From: Gekko japonicus | Taxonomy: Eukaryota | Assembly: GCF_001447785.1 (NCBI RefSeq) | Contig: NW_015176480.1 | Span: forward strand, 316,724 to 378,937 | Reading direction: 5' to 3' | Length of the DNA: 62,214 nt | Shown: positions 13,711 to 24,362 of the stretch, in pieces | How the letters are laid out: the number at the start of each line of letters is the position of its first letter | Position numbering within the stretch: position 1 is the first letter of the stretch | Notes under the pieces: generated by a model | What the model was told of the DNA's origin: nothing | Database searches by the model: none | What the model saw: only the letters and a program-made list of their open reading frames with translations | Position numbers and translations under genes: made by a program

Positions 13711-14469
13711 GGGTGGGACAGCCATAATTCTTCAGCAAGGAAGAAAACACATTACTAGGGTGGCTCAGTCAGTAAAGGGAAAGAAAAACAGAGGGAAAAT
13801 CTTGCCTCTGAGGGAGGGAAATGGACAGGGCTGTCATACCTGTTGAGGTATCTGTAGAAAGTTGCATCTGGGGCTAGGACATTGCTGAGATTAGCTGTGG
13901 TTCAGCCTAGCACATTGCTGGTATGAAATAAAGGTTTAGCAGTAAAGGCGGCAGCAGTGGTTTCACCCAGAAATGAGTGACTTATTCCTTGTGCTTTTCT
14001 ATTAGACTTCCTTCTATTTATTTTCCTTGTAAAGTTTTTGGAGGTCTAGGCAGAGAAGCACTGAGTCAATGTGTAAAGCTAAAGCATAAGAATATTAAAA
14101 GGATTTATGCTTCATTTCTGTTCTCATGCCTTTTTTAAAAAATGCAAACGTTATTTTAAATAACAGAGCCTGAGGTATAAAAAAGTTATTTTTCAACAGA
14201 ATGATCTGCTGCAAGACAAAGAATACAATCAAATGAAGGAAAATTCTTATTGAGTTATACAAAACAGGTCTTTTGCCTTCAAGCCACATGCTGAATAATA
14301 TCAGAGAATCTACACAGAGAATTGCCCAATTCCCATTACTAAACGCATTTGCATTGAATATGCACATTCTCTGATCTTTCAGGCTCATGGATAAAATTCT
14401 GATAAATAGATATCACCACCTAAATTGGTATTTCAATTTAGTTTGAAAAACAAAGCTAACTGCTGAACA

Positions 14470-14560
14470 TTCAAAGTTAGAGTCCAGTGGCACCTTTAAG
14501 ACTAACAAAGTTTTATTCAAGGTGTGAGCTTTCATGTGCAAGCACACTTCATTGAACACT
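14470..14560 (-). mobile_element. Penelope-like element terminal fragment with decayed minimal hammerhead motif
   Basis: gagtccagtggcacctttaagactaacaaagttttatt..tgagctttcatgtgcaagcacacttc resembles reptile Penelope termini. Related pieces lie near 23790, 24070, 33250 and 42260. Confidence 0.55.
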
Positions 14561-14754
14561 GAAATGGAATTAGAAATAGCAGTCCTACATATAGCAGGTG
14601 GGTTGTAAATTAGCATGTAAAATAGTAAAGATTTTTTTAAACAGATAAAAAGAATAACAAGCTTGGTTTATGGCTATCATCTGCTTGGGTTCAACTGGGG
14701 GGGGGTAACATACATAATAAATATGTCAGACTTGGAGACTGATGTACCCTGAGG

Positions 14755-14995
14755 GTACGTGGACTCTAATCTGGGAGAACAGGGTTTGATTCCGCACTCC
14801 TCCACTTGCAGCTGCTGGATGACCTTGGGCAAGCCATAGTTCTAGCAGAGCTATTATCTCAAGGACAGTTCTGGAAAGAGCTCTCAGCTCCACCTACCTC
14901 ACAGGGTGTGGGGAGGGGAAGGGAAAGGAGTTTGTAAGCCGCTCTGAGACTCTGAGTGAAGGGCAGGGTATAAATCCAATCTCCTCCTCCTCCTT
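14755..14995 (+). mobile_element. tRNA/CORE-type SINE (Squam3-like)
   Basis: ggactctaatctgggagaacagggtttgattccgcactcctccac ... taaatccaatctcctcctcctcc. Confidence 0.75.
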
Positions 14996-16046
14996 AATGG
15001 TGAGAATCTGTCATTGGATTCCATCCATTTCCTTTCTAGCATGGAGGCAAACTTTACAGCATATTTTTCTTTGAAGTGGGGCATTGGCTGTGTATTTTTC
15101 TCGTCCCTTGAATACTCAGTTTTGTATATCCAGTCGAGGAAGCCACCTTAACAGCTTCAATGAGAACTCAAAAGTATTAAATAGATTTCAACCCTTGTTT
15201 TATTACTTTTGTTCACTAAACTGATTAATCTCTTACTCAAGATTCATTAAACTCAGTCTTATGAATATAGGAAAGGGATTTTAGAAAAACATGGATTGTA
15301 TGGAAGGATTTGCCTGTAGACTTTAAAGAGATGGGAAGTGACGCAGATGACTAAATGTGACACTGTAACTTAGCTGAATTTCACAAGTCCTTCTGTAATT
15401 ACAAAGTGTATCTAAAATGAATGCATACAACTTCCTGTGAGCATAAAAGAGTGAAATTATCCCCATACGTCCATGTATCTTCAAGGGGTAATATGAACAG
15501 CCATCTGCAGAGCTCCCAGCAGTGTGGTAGCTGCAGGGCTCTTTTAGGTCATGCCACAGTTGCCTCTCCCACTGGGAAACATATCTTAAGGCAAAACTAG
15601 GTGTGATGGCTCTTCAAAAGTTATGGGGGGGGAGAAAATAAGATCACCTGTTGCTGTCATGCCATGTTCCCAATCAGGATTGGGCCCTCATGGTGGTTTT
15701 TAAATGGCTAAATTCTCCTCTAAAATGGCGGTGGTGGTCACGTGTTGGCCCTGTGGCAGCTGGCACATCTAGTTTGGCTTTTATGTTCCTTCCTTTGCTG
15801 TGTTCCTTGAGTGCATGGGGTAAGCCCATGTTTGAGCTTAGGATAGTTGCCTATACCCCCAATTAAGGAGCAAGTAAAGAAGCCAAGAATTCCTAGTCAC
15901 ACCATAACCTTAGTGGAGAACAGAAGTGTGCAGAAAACATCGCTGTATTTCATACCTGGGCAGTTCAGGCAACTTCTAGAGTCACCAGATCCTTAGGACA
16001 CGGTGCGTTCTTTAACACTAACGATATGGAAAGCTGTCTTTTTCTA

Positions 16047-16394
16047 AAAGGTAAAGGTTCCCTTGCTCGAAAGCCAGTCGAATCCGACTCTAGGGTTGCG
16101 GTGCTCATCTCCGTTTCAAAGTCAAAGAGCCAGCGCTGTCCGAAGACGTTTCCGTGGTCATGTGGCCGGCATGACTAAACACCAAGGCGCACGAAATGCT
16201 GTTACCTTCCCACTGAAGTGGTACCTATTTATCTACTTGCAATTTCTTGCTTTCAAACTGCTAGGTTGGGAGGAGCTGGAACGAGAGATGGGAGCTCACT
16301 CCGTCATGCGGCACACTCGGGTCTCGAACTGCTGAACTACCGACCTTCCACAGCCTGCAGTTCAGCGTCTTAACCATTTGAGCCACCGCAGTTC
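16047..16394 (-). mobile_element. Sauria SINE, full length
   Basis: Near-identical to 3941-4289; both give the same spurious MLESQS.. ORF. Confidence 0.88.
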
Positions 16395-16564
16395 AAGTTG
16401 TGTAGCTCCTTTTCTACACAACTGTTAAAGGTTGAAGACCTGGTTCTCTTTGCACCTTAACAGTTGCACAAGGCCTACAGTTGCTTGAAGGGTCCACTTA
16501 GCTAAACCCTGGGCATGCCACACACAATCACACTGAAACTGGAAAAAAGTGCCATGGTCATGAA

Positions 16565-16754
16565 CAGGGTTGCCAGCTTCCAGGTGGGGCCTGGAGATTT
16601 CCCACTATTACAAGTGATCTCCAGGCAACAGAGATCGGTTCCCCTGGAGAAAGTGGCTACTCTGGAGGGTGGACTTTAAGGCAGAGGTCCCTGCCCTTTC
16701 CAGGCTCCACCCCCAAAATCTCAGGTATCTCTTAACCCAGAGTGGGCAACTGTA
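16565..16754 (+). mobile_element. hAT-type MITE (AGGGTTGCCA family)
   Basis: cagggttgccagcttccaggtggggcctggag ... gtgggcaactgta. Same core as 355-925. Confidence 0.75.
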
Positions 16755-16857
16755 ACAAAAGTCCTCTTCTTCAGCCTACAGAGGTGGCTCTAGGAATCAC
16801 TGGAAACTCTGTTTCCTGTAGTTATTAGAGCTACCTACTGACACTCCCTGTTGTGCC

Positions 16858-17414
16858 TAGGGTTGCCAATCCCCAGTTGGGAGCAAGGGATCCCCTGGTT
16901 TGGAGGCCCTCCTCCCACTTCAGGGTTATCAGAAGGGGGTGGGATATCTGCTGGGCACTGCAATATATCCTATGTAGACTGGTCCCCATAGGGTATAATG
17001 GAGAATCAATCCGTGGGTGTCTGGAGCTCTGGGAAGGGCTGTTTTTTGAGGCAGAGGCACCAAATTTTCAACATAGTATCTGGTGCCTCTCCTCAAAAAA
17101 ACATCCCCAAGTTTCAAAAAAGACTGGACCAGGGGGTCCAATTCTTTGAGCCCCAAAAGAAGGTGTCCCCATCCTCCATTATTTCCAATGGGGGCAAGGC
17201 ATTTAAAAGGAATGTGGTCCCTTTAAATGGGACGACCTGGACTCCCTTTGGAGTTCAATTGTGCCTCTTCCCTCCCTCTCCTGGAGGCTCCTGGAAAGTC
17301 CCCCGCCCGCTTCAAAAGTGATGTCACATCTTGGCTTCTGGCTCCGTCCCCAAAGCCCCCTGGCTTCACCCCCAAAGCCCCCAGATATTGCCTGAGTCAG
17401 ACCTGGCAACCATA
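16858..17414. mobile_element. hAT-type non-autonomous element (TAGGGTTGCCA termini, different interior)
   Basis: tagggttgccaatcccc ... acctggcaaccata. The TSD is not preserved. Confidence 0.65.
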
Positions 17415-17419
17415 GTCAT

Positions 17420-17618
17420 GAATCTGCTGCCGCCGCCTTATATTAAATCAGACCCTTGGTCCATTGAGGTCATCATTGTCTACTTAGACTGGCAGAGACT
17501 CACCAGGGTCTTAGGCTGAGGACTTTCACATCACTTATTCCTTGCTCTTTTAAACTGGAGATGGCAGGGACCTTCTGCATGCCAAGCAGATGCTCTACCA
17601 CTGAGCCACAGCCCCTCC
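17420..17618 (-). mobile_element. tRNA-derived SINE (second family)
   Basis: The minus strand starts ggggctgtggctcagtggtagagcatctgcttggcatgcagaaggtccc (tRNA A box; the B box is deleted in this copy but intact at 35307). Homologous to 35307-35495. Confidence 0.7.
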
Positions 17619-18668
17619 CACAATTCCATTCATTGCTTGACTGATGGATTTTTAAAAGGGGTCATTTAATATATACCATGTTCAATGCATTAGGCCTTTC
17701 CAGGAGTACTTTTGAATCCATTTCCCACAAATAGCAGGTTAGGATGTATGAAATTCAAAAAAGCTTCCCCCCCCCTTTGAATCAATTTGTCTCTTGTGTT
17801 TTCTCCTGCTTGGATGCCCTAATTCTCAGCATTAATGTCAGTAAAAGTATACCGGTAAAACAAAGGTTGTGAACTTATTAATGCAGATTAGCAGGTAACA
17901 AAGAATGGAATCCCTTCTGCAAATAACAGGGAACATCAAGGTGACTTATATAAAATAATCAAGGAAGATGAAAATTTCAAATGTCATACAGATGTCACTA
18001 TGTGGGTCCTCTTCCAAAGATTAGAATGCTTTTAAGCAAATGTGGGCCATGAGGATAATGTGAATGGGCCACTTTCTGTATTTTACTTCTGAGTCACAGA
18101 AACAAAGGCAATGTAGTATAGCAGGTAGAGTGCCAGATTAGGATCTCAGAGTCCCAGGTTCAAACTTTGCTGAGTAACACCAGACCAGTCACATAGTCTC
18201 AGTCTTAAGGTTGCTGTGAGAATAAAATGTAGAAAGGAACAATGTTTATAAGCCACTTCAAGTCCCCACTGGGGAGAGAAGTGGGATATAAATTAAATAA
18301 ATAATTCCATTATAACAAATTAAAATAGTGTTAACATAAGAACATAAGAGAAACCAATGCTGTATCAGGCCAATGGCCCATCTAGTCCAACACTCTGTCA
18401 CACAGTGGCCAAAAATACCAGGTGCCATCCAAAAATACCAGGTGTTCTTATACACATAGAGAAATCCCAAGATTCTGACATTCATATTCAATTTTTCATT
18501 TTTATCCCCCCCCCCCCCGAGCTGGATGAAAAATGGTTCAAGACTGAAAAATTGTTCAAGGCCAGCTGAAGATCAGCTCAAATTCTCTGAAGCTCAGAGG
18601 TACAATCATTTCCCAAGAGGAAAAAAGTAAAAATAACAAAAGGTCATTTTGGTGTAGTGGTTAAGTGC

Positions 18669-19384
18669 TGTCATGCCTGCCCCTGATGAAGCACCTGACA
18701 GCCAGGAGCACGTGGAGTTGGCACCACAAGCCCCTGAGGAACATCCAGAAGCAGAGACTTACAGTCAGGAACTGGCTCCTGCAGCAGAAGACTCTCTAAG
18801 TCTTGAGGAGGATAGAGCCTCCCAAGAGACACCTGTGCAGGATCAGGCTCTGCTTAATCCAAGTAATTCGCCACCCGACTCCCCGCCAGCTGTGACCAGG
18901 CTCAGGAGTCAACGAAGACAAGAGCTGAACGAAAGACTCTGGGCTGCACGCATGCGTGCAAGACGTTTGTTCAGCCCTGAGTTTTAGCAGAAGCTTGACC
19001 TTGCTCCCTGCCAGATAACAAGGTAATTAGCCAGCACACTATATCACCAAGCCTGCTGCTGGAAGGAATTTGTGCTGGCAACTTCGCTTGACAGGACCAA
19101 ACGCTCCATTTTTCCTGCTCCAGACTCCGTGAAACCCTTGTCAGTTTGATCCTCGGCTTTTGACCTTTGGCTCCTTGACACTCAGCATTGTTGACCCTGC
19201 TTTTGTCTCTGCGCTTATCTGGCTTCATTGTGATTGATGGACCTTGACTTCTGGTATGTCTGACGCTGGCTTTGGAAACTGATTTGGACTTGTTTAAACT
19301 GTGCTGCTTGATTTGCTCAGCTAAACCTTGGACTGAATTTGGACTTTGCTTGTTTGCCTCACGCTCCCTGGCCCAGCCGTGACA
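18669..19384 (+). mobile_element. Solo LTR (Gypsy/ERV-type), 716 bp
   Basis: TG..CA ends with short inverted repeat TGTCATG..CGTGACA. Perfect 5-bp TSD AGTGC (18664-18668 and 19385-19389). Interrupts a SINE. Confidence 0.88.
18673..18987 (+). other. Intact 104-aa ORF in LTR U3 (acidic body, PDSP, Arg-rich tail)
   Basis: Starts at the ATG within the LTR terminal TGTCATG. Same layout as the ORF at 58058-58411. Expression is unknown. Confidence 0.5.
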
Positions 19385-20642
19385 AGTGCGTGAACTCTAA
19401 TCTTGGGGAACCAGGTTTGATTCCCCACTCCTCCACTTGCACCTGCTGGATGACCTTGGGCAAGCCATAGTCCTGACACAGCTGTTCTTGAAAAAGAGCA
19501 GTCTCTGTCAGAGCTCTCTCAGCCCCAACTACCTCACAGGGTGTTTGTTGTGGGGAGGGGAAGGGAGTTTGTAAGCCGCTCTGAGACTCCCTTGGGTAGT
19601 GAAGGGCGGGGTATAAATCCAATCTCCTCCTCTTCCTCCTCCTCTTCTAATTTAGAATATCTGAAAATTTCAACATCCATCATGCATAAAGAGCAACTTT
19701 GAACATAACCCAGTGGGAACGGAACCTTTCATTTCCTTGGGGCTTAGACAGGAACTTCTCCTGGTGGGCTAAGTCCTTGCTACCAGCCTGCTTTATTTTA
19801 ATTCCTTTCCACTAAATCATGACACACTCCCAAATCAAACTGTTTTAAAATAACAGCAGTACTAAGTGTTAGGAAAGTTTATTTGTAACTGACACTGTAC
19901 GGTGAAGCGATTTGCATACGTTTGTACAACACTGGTTATACCTCATCATTTGAAGGTTTATCACTTTAACTTACCAGCTACATGTGTGGATTGCCGCAGC
20001 TGAAAAGCCAAGTGGCTGAAGTGACATGAGTTAATATGCTCGGTCTGTGTTTGGTCTGCAACGGCTGTTTTGCACAAACAAGCCATCACTTGCATTGTTG
20101 CCATTAAGTAAGGAATATGTATGCATGAACTCAATCTTTGAGGGAAAGTGTACAGGTGAATTTAAGACAGAAGAAGTTCACCCTTTAAAGAGGGAGATAG
20201 ATAGGGTCAAAAATGATGCTACGCTTTCACAGCAGTGCCTCTTAACGTTCGAAAACACATCACAGGTTGGCATTCAAAGCCTTGAAGGATAAGGTTAATC
20301 ACAGTCTTTTAATGTTTGTCTGTGCATAGCACCAGTCACCTTAAAAATGTACAGATGATTCTCTCCCTTCCTCCTTTCCGCTCCCTGCTACCACTGACAA
20401 TTCTCCACAGATATGGTATCTTTTATTCTGACATTTTATTTATCTTAAACTTAAGCTTATCTTTCTTTAGTAGCAAAGGCCACTGTTTTCTCCAGAGTCT
20501 CAAAGCTTAATCCCTTTTGTGATCTTGGAAATATTAAGGAGACCAGTGAGACTTGGAACAAAAAATAAACAAATTTAACTTGACTAATTGTTCTGTACCA
20601 TAGTCTTTTCTATATATACATACATATACATATATATATATA

Positions 20643-21276
20643 CTAGCCATAAAGCCCGTTGAGGAGGAAGACAACGATCCCTAGAAAGGTAGGATGGGTG
20701 GGTGGGCCATGGGTTGGGGGATGGGAAGCCGGCGGACCGTTCGCCGGCCTTGAGTGGGGGCGTGGGGAAGCCGGCGGACAGGGCCTGCAGGCCCCGTTCG
20801 CCAGCCTGGAGTGCCCCGTGTGNNNNNNNNNNNNNNNNNNNNNNNNNNNNNNNNNNNNNNNNNNNNNNNNNNNNNNNNNNNNNNNNNNNNNNNNNNNNNN
20901 NNNNNNNNNNNNNNNNNNNNNNNNNNNNNNNNNNNNNNNNNNNNNNNNNNNNNNNNNNNNNNNNNNNNNNNNNNNNNNNNNNNNNNNNNNNNNNNNNNNN
21001 NNNNNNNNNNNNNNNNNNNNNNNNNNNNNNNNNNNNNNNNNNNNNNNNNNNNNNNNNNNNNNNNNNNNNNNNNNNNNNNNNNNNNNNNNNNNNNNNNNNN
21101 NNNNNNNNNNNNNNNNNNNNNNNNNNNNNNNNNNNNNNNNNNNNNNNNNNNNNNNNNNNNNNNNNNNNNNNNNNNNNNNNNNNNNNNNNNNNNNNNNNNN
21201 NNNNNNNGCGGGGGTGGGGGGAAGCCGCGGGGGGAAGGCGGCGGACGGGGCCTATATGACACGGAATATAGAAGAG
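20643..21276 (-). mobile_element. Helitron-like non-autonomous element containing GC-rich tandem repeats and an assembly gap
   Basis: The minus-strand 3' end is CTAG followed by T, preceded by a cgttg..caacg hairpin. ggggaagccggcggac repeats flank the N run. The 5' boundary is approximate. Confidence 0.55.
20823..21207. other. Assembly gap (N run)
   Basis: 385 Ns. Confidence 0.99.
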
Positions 21277-21480
21277 GGTAAATTTCAACTGAACATTACA
21301 AGAAACCTTCTAATGTAAGAAGAGATCAATGATGGAACTAACTACTGGGGGGAGGTGTTCTTCCCTGATACTAAAGGTCTTCAAGAAGAGGTTGGACAGC
21401 CATCAGGCAGGGATGCTTTAGTTTTGGATGTCACGCACTGAGCAGAAGCTGTACTGGAAGGCCTATAAGGCCCCTTCCAC
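21277..21480 (+). mobile_element. CR1 LINE 3' fragment
   Basis: aacattacaagaaaccttctaatgtaaga..gtcttcaagaagaggttggacagccat..aaggccccttcca, typical of a CR1 ORF2 end and 3' UTR. Confidence 0.6.
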
Positions 21481-23402
21481 TTTTTTTTATATTAGGGCAT
21501 ATGTGCATTCATTTATCATAACTTTTACTCGAAAGTTACAAAGCATGTATGCACAGCATGCCTAGATCATCACTGGCCCACAAAGCATATAGGAAGAAAA
21601 ACTGTCAGAGAAGAGTTAATGACTTTGGCATTTAGGCAAAGGAGCCAGACTCAGGTTGTGTCCAGACAGGCAGGTTGCCACAGCAGTATCCCGCGGAGAG
21701 AAAAGCCGCTGGAGTTAGGTGCGCTTCACAGCATTCACACAGGTCCCACAATGCCAAGTGCATCAGGTAGCGGGCCATTTCACATCACTGTGTGAAGTCA
21801 AGCTGTTTCGGAAGTCTGAACCTTCCCTTCCATTTCTGCCTCCTTTTTGGGGGGGATCAGGTAGCAATGTTTGTATAAGTAAATAATCGCCTCTGATATT
21901 GTCAGTCACTGCAGCCAAGTAGTCATTCTGGATCGGGAGTCCCCAAGGGAGTTTTTTCAAGTGACAAATCCCTCCCCCAACCCCTCTTTCCTGTTTCTGC
22001 ATCAGAGTCTGAGAACATCCCATGTTTGACACAAGGGTAAATACTCTCATGTAAATCTGCACTCCCCCCCCCCCATTCCATGGAAGGGGGGGGAGGGGAA
22101 GGAGGCTGGGAGGGGCCGGAGTACTTGGCAGAGAGATTGTGGAGCTGTCAAAAAGGAGCCAGAGCTTCAGATACATCAGGGTTGCCAATTTCTGGAACAG
22201 AAGCCTTGAACCAAAAAATTTTTTGTGGGATATAACTCTTGTATGAAATAAACAAATAAATATTTTAGCTAAAGATGGGGTGGGGAGCTTCTAACTCTTT
22301 TCAGCCTTCAGGAACAGGATGCCATTCATCAATAAATACGATCACAACACTCATGTGCAGGATAATATGTTCTTTCATTCATTGATATAAGACCTGCTAG
22401 AGCTTAGAACATCAAAGAGTTGTAGAAAGTTCCTTTTTCATTTTATTTTCATGTGTCTGGTATTTTTAATGTACAAGTACTAAGATCTAAACTAATGTCT
22501 CACAGCAAACAGGAACTGCAGCTAGTACCCTACTGTTAAACACTCTTAAGACTTGCCCTTATGTCTTTTTCTTTCTTATCCCAAAGGAACTTTTCAACGT
22601 ATTTACTAGTAACCCAAGGAAAACTTTGCAGAACAGAGATCAGCCATTTGTACAAAGATTCACTCTGCCAGCTCTCATATTCTGTATATCAGAACAAGTA
22701 GAAGAAAGGTATTGCATGCCCTTACTATTCTTTGATCAACATGAGACCCAATTGCACTTAGCACACCTATATATCTAATTCCCAAATGTCCCCCCTATCT
22801 GCGTAATTCTAAATCCACAAACAAGGGGCACACGTATCTCAAACAGGTTTTTCTGCAAAATTGGGTGACCTTCTAAGTTCACTGAAAAATCAGTCAGGGG
22901 AGCCTCAGTGGGCCCACACAGAGCAGCTCTGGGTGAGCCACTGAGAGCCGGGGGGGGGGGCTTGGGCTCACTCAGAGCAACTCTCTGAGCAAGCTGCCAA
23001 GAGTGGCGGGGAGGGGAGTTCAACAGGCCCACCTGGACCTGCTCCAGGCCAGCTGGCTAGGAAGGGGAGGGAAGCTTGTCCACCCTCAACTAGGAGTTTA
23101 CTCATGACCCCTGCCTGGTGGGAGCATGCTTTAAAAAGAAGGTTGTGTGTTTGTAATCCAGCCCTCAATGTTGCTAGCACACACAACACCCTAAAGTCAC
23201 CCAATCCAGCCTGGCCTTTCACTTCCTGGGATGAGGCTGTCTCCACTCCCAAAGGGGAAGGCCCCAACCATCAACTCCTCCTTTATCTTGGAGTTGTTAA
23301 TGCCCACTGCAAGGTGGTAGGTAAACAGGAAGGCTAGGAACTCCCTGATAAGGAGGGGGGAATGATCGCTTGCAAGGACGGACTGTGCAGAAGTGGACTT
23401 TG

Positions 23403-23406
<4 letters not shown>

Positions 23407-23464
<58 letters not shown>

Positions 23465-23490
23465 CCCTCCACACACACACACACACACAC
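23407..23490. repeat. Compound (CT)n-(CA)n microsatellite
   Basis: Direct reading; it explains the ERERER and SLSLSL pseudo-ORFs. Confidence 0.95.
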
Positions 23491-24362
23491 AAAACGACCC
23501 ACTTGAGAGAATAAACAAAGATGCCTCAGTCCCACCCCCCACTCCTGACTCCAGAGAAGGGGAGTCAGAAGGAGAGAAAGCAGGCTTCCTTGCCCTCCAG
23601 TGAAAATTACTAGTCCCAGTTCTGTCTGACCTTTCTCAGGTCCACTCTGCCTAGAGAAAAAGACTGCTTCGTGAATGTTTCAGAATCACAGCCTCATCAG
23701 GGGCTCTGCTGGTTGCAATGGAAGGTTTGTGGCACCCAAACGACTAACACAGTTAAAAACAGACATTCTTTCTTTATTCTTTTGTGAACTAGAGTCCCCA
23801 AATAACCAGGAATCTTGCTGTACCTTAAAGAATAACAATATTTTATTCCAGCATCAATTTATGCTGGAATAACAATAAATTGTGCCACAAGAGCTCTGCT
23901 CATTTTTCCTGCCAGAGATGAAGAAGGACTCACACTCAAGTATGCTTGTATAGGATTGCAGCTATGGGTAGAGTGGCAGACTCTGACCCCTAAAAAGGCT
24001 GAGCAAACCTACCCCCAGCTGTTTTCCCTAGTATCCCAGATCTAAGAAACATGCTCATCTAAATAGATCAAGATGGGTAGCCATGTTAGTCTGTCTGCAG
24101 CAGTAGAAAAAGAGCAAGAGTTCAGTCAGTAGCACCTTGAAGACTAACAAAATTTGTGGCAGGGTATGAGCTTTTGTGCATCCCTGTTCGCATCGGGGGG
24201 GGGGGGCAAAGAGGAGGCAGGAATCTCTGGCATAAGGAATGAGATGGGAAGTGATTCCCAGAAGAGAGGGCATGGAAAGTTCCTTAACCTCCCCCCTTAT
24301 TGCAATGCAAACACAGCTGTGGATGATTTCAAGACCCTCCTCATCTCACCCCATATCAACAA

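Larger units (their letters stand above)
18645..19647 (+). mobile_element. Squam3-like SINE split by a solo LTR insertion
   Basis: The head ttggtgtagtggttaagtgc (to 18668) continues at 19385 as agtgcgtgaactctaatc.. through to the (CTC)n tail. Confidence 0.8.

Noticed and set aside
20584-21318. 175-234 aa ORFs
   Set aside because: Artefacts of translating through the N gap.
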